A stretch of 63,514 nt of DNA, the filler included, from Asterionella formosa (lineage: Eukaryota), in the NCBI GenBank assembly GCA_002256025.1. It is 22 parts of 22 records of this genome, joined end to end, with 100 filler letters (N's around TTAATTAATTAA, not from the genome) between each part and the next. Parts side by side here need not be neighbours in the genome. Positions count along the whole stretch, not along the records: positions 59,798 to 60,970 come from NKIB01003907.1; positions 61,071 to 62,242 come from NKIB01003909.1; positions 62,343 to 63,514 come from NKIB01003910.1; 19 more parts are not named here. One strand, written 5' to 3'. Positions 60,850 to 63,514 of the stretch are shown piece after piece. The notes under the pieces are model-generated. The model ran no database searches. It saw nothing but the letters and a program-made list of their open reading frames with translations, and had not been told where the DNA came from. The position numbers and the translations under genes were made by a program. The first letter of the stretch is position 1, and each line of letters opens with the position of its first letter.

Positions 60850-60969
60850 CTCAGATCCGTTCTTCCATTGCAAATCTTCCTTCAATAGGTCAAACTCGTC
60901 ATCCTTGAGCATTTGCCTTCCAGCGGCATCGTAGGACTGAAGCGCGTCCAGAAAGATACGCTCCTTTTC
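60850..60969 (-). pseudogene. PGRL1: PGRL1-like gene fragment (conserved stromal helix)
   Basis: Manual translation EKERIFLDALQSYDAAGRQMLKDDEFDLLKEDLQWKNGSE fits PGRL1 E..FL.ALQ..Y..G.....EEFD.LKE.L.W.GS. Homology ends abruptly beside TACCGGTA. Confidence 0.8.
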
Positions 60970-63514
60970 GNNNNNNNNNNNNNNNNNNNNNNNNNNNNNN
61001 NNNNNNNNNNNNNNTTAATTAATTAANNNNNNNNNNNNNNNNNNNNNNNNNNNNNNNNNNNNNNNNNNNNCTCTGAAGCAATTGGACTCTATGAGAAAGC
61101 TGGCTATTCACGCGTGAACCAATCCATTCCAATGTATCATGACTTTACGAGATCGCTCAATTTGCAAGATGGAGCAACCAAGGGTCGTAAACACCTTCTA
61201 TTGTGCAAACATGTAGGGAAGCTTAGACTTTCTAAGGATCCATGTATGTCGTTATTAGTTGAGACTGCAAGAGAAGGGATAGAGATGGGGTTCCAAGTTC
61301 CGTGTTGACCCTATTTCAAGCACTTTGAATGTACCGAAACCACAGACAAAAAATGCTGATCTCCAAACTTCCGTCTCTTTCACACAAACTTATGTAGGCC
61401 GATTAACAGATTAAAACATCACCAGAATGTGTACAAGAGCAGAAACGTGCCTGAGGCCCTATTTTGTCCAAATTAACAATTAATGGAAAATTAATAAAAT
61501 ATTGCATTCCCGATTTTACTGAATTCTTGTGTATGAAAATATGAGAAGCTTGAATAATAAAACCTGGTAAATGACATTATTGAACGTTCGGTTCTTTAAT
61601 AATCAATATCGCTAAAGTCAACCATGAAAATGAGCCATATGGCGATGTGATAGAACCAACCAAATCTCCTGACAAATTCTTGAATAGGATATCATGAATG
61701 AGGCCAGTGAGATTCTCAGGAATGATTGCTTTGCCAAAAGCATAATGTTTAGACCGAGGAAGTGCTACGTGGAGGATTAGTTGGTGGAAACTGCAGCACT
61801 TGGGCGGGAAAGGGCATATTACATAAAATATTTTGGACAACATGAGAAAAAATTCGGTACAGCAGCAAAAACAACGAGAAACGATTGACACTGACACCAA
61901 AACAGCAATTGTTGGCGCCTGTTTTAGGGGTAGACTTTAGACTTATTACAAATATAAAAGAGAAAATACAGTTGAAATCAAAAGAACATCATACATCAGT
62001 AGACATTAAACCAGCATAAACCCAAGGAGAGGCAGGCCATCCACGAAATGGGGCCTCAACATCTACTGAGCAAAATTAATTTTCATTCCACCATAAATGG
62101 TAGGAATGAAATGGAACCAGATCTCGCAGACTCATTGAAAACATCATTTATCCATGGATAGAGACGTGCTGCCCGTACTGATGTTCTTTGTTTTGCATCA
62201 GCAAGAGTCATACTTTTCACTAGTCGAACAACTTCAGTCGGTNNNNNNNNNNNNNNNNNNNNNNNNNNNNNNNNNNNNNNNNNNNNTTAATTAATTAANN
62301 NNNNNNNNNNNNNNNNNNNNNNNNNNNNNNNNNNNNNNNNNNTATTGATCCATCAGTGTGTACGTTGTTATCTTGCCGTTTCAGTTTGGCGACAGTGTGT
62401 CCATTTCTTTGCTTCATAGCTGGCGACAAATAGAAATGAATCCATAGAGCACCATTTTTTACTATTATCTAAAGCTCCTCCATGGTATATATCTCCATGC
62501 ATGAGGAACTTGAATTTGAATGGCATGGACAAATGTATTGCATGTTTCTCATCCGCAAAATTATCCCATACATTTAAACAGTTCTCTCCTAAAGACAACG
62601 ACATTATCATTCCTCAAGGCATAGGTGTCCAAATGATGTTTTGTTAAACAAGCCAGACTCTAGGACGCACCACATAGAATTTGTTGAGAACAAGATCCAG
62701 GACTCTATGTGTACCAGGTACCACTAGACTACCAAGTACCCAGTCGATACAGGTACATATCGCGAGCTTTGTCGAAGGTGCTATAGTAAACTACCAGTGC
62801 AGTATAAAACCAAGACAACATCTATGGCCAAAAAAGGTTGCGCTGAGAGTTGATTTATTTTCGGGTACGTTCGTAGTATTAGCTAGTACTACATGTAGTA
62901 CATTCCTACAAGGTTTAATTAAACCAAATAATTAAACCCCCAGTTAAACCGGGTTTAATTTTTCTACTGGCAAATACTGTTGTAACACGGTTCTTCCACT
63001 AGTATTTTCAGATCAATACCGTGACAGTATTAAAATGACCCAGTAGACACATAGCAGAGGCCTACAGGAAAATACAACTTGGGTTTATAAATACCGGTAG
63101 CTGAGCGACAAATGCATCGATCACACCATCAAGGAGTTGAGCGAAATGCCTGCCTTTTGCATGACTCAACATTAGTGTTTGCAAGTACATACCGGTATGA
63201 ACGAATGAAAGTACCAGTATGAACAAAATGCGCATGATCAAGACACAACTTCTCCAGACCTAGGGTGAAGCAATAATTGATGGTAAGTAAAAAAAAGAAA
63301 ATATAAAAATAATATGAAGCGAAAAGAATAACAGGATACTAATAAATACTACTCCTATGTAATGATATGTCTTATACCTGGTACTGAACTAGTGCGGTAC
63401 TGAAACAGTATGAATGCTTTGTCCCGCAAATTATTCATGCATGGCTGAAAAACTACATGAGATTTCTACAACAAATCTGATCAACATACCCGGTATACTT
63501 TTGTGAAACGTCGC

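Larger units (their letters stand above)
18973..62342. other. 21 artificial 100-nt contig spacers (N-run, TTAATTAATTAA, N-run)
   Basis: Spacers start at 18973, 20249, 21528, 22803, 24078, 25353, 26628, 27903, 29178, 48234, 49509, 50784, 52058, 53332, 54606, 55879, 57152, 58425, 59698, 60971 and 62243. The linker has stops in all six frames. Small contigs run in roughly decreasing size. Confidence 0.97.

Noticed and set aside
18973..62342. Regularly spaced TTAATTAATTAA as a CRISPR-like or biological repeat
   Set aside because: Always centred in 100-nt N spacers; it is a six-frame-stop assembly linker. ORFs ending in X..LIN are artefacts.
61071..62680. Coding remnants (e.g. MHGDIYHGG)
   Set aside because: Too decayed and short to assign to a family by eye.

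Overview
Eukaryotic nuclear DNA, most likely a diatom. This is inferred from bipartite plastid-targeting N-termini, a PHYLLO fusion, PGRL1 fragments, CoDi-type copia elements and short GT-AG introns. The window is not one locus. It is 22 contigs joined by 21 artificial 100-nt spacers (N..TTAATTAATTAA..N): two of about 19 kb (1-18972, 29278-48233) and twenty of 1172-1179 bp, so adjacency across spacers means nothing. Intact genes: a 2-exon plastid-targeted unknown protein, an intronless 2402-aa phylloquinone fusion (MenF-MenD-MenH-MenC plus a C-terminal SRPBCC/Coq10-like domain), a 3-exon SDR, a 3-exon TBL1-like LisH/WD40 gene, NFU1 and tRNA-Ile(AAT). The rest is transposon debris (pogo-like, Harbinger, copia, LINE), an ABCF pseudogene, two PGRL1 fragments and tandem repeats. 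The most striking unexplained signal is that non-coding DNA is saturated with TA-(1-5 nt)-TA motifs (TACCAGGTA, TACCTGGTA, TACCGGTA). Comparing paralogous repeat copies inside the window shows these arise as insertions that duplicate a TA and stack into arrays, as expected of serial transposon excision footprints or a sequence-biased repair process. All protein assignments are by eye; no database searches were run.
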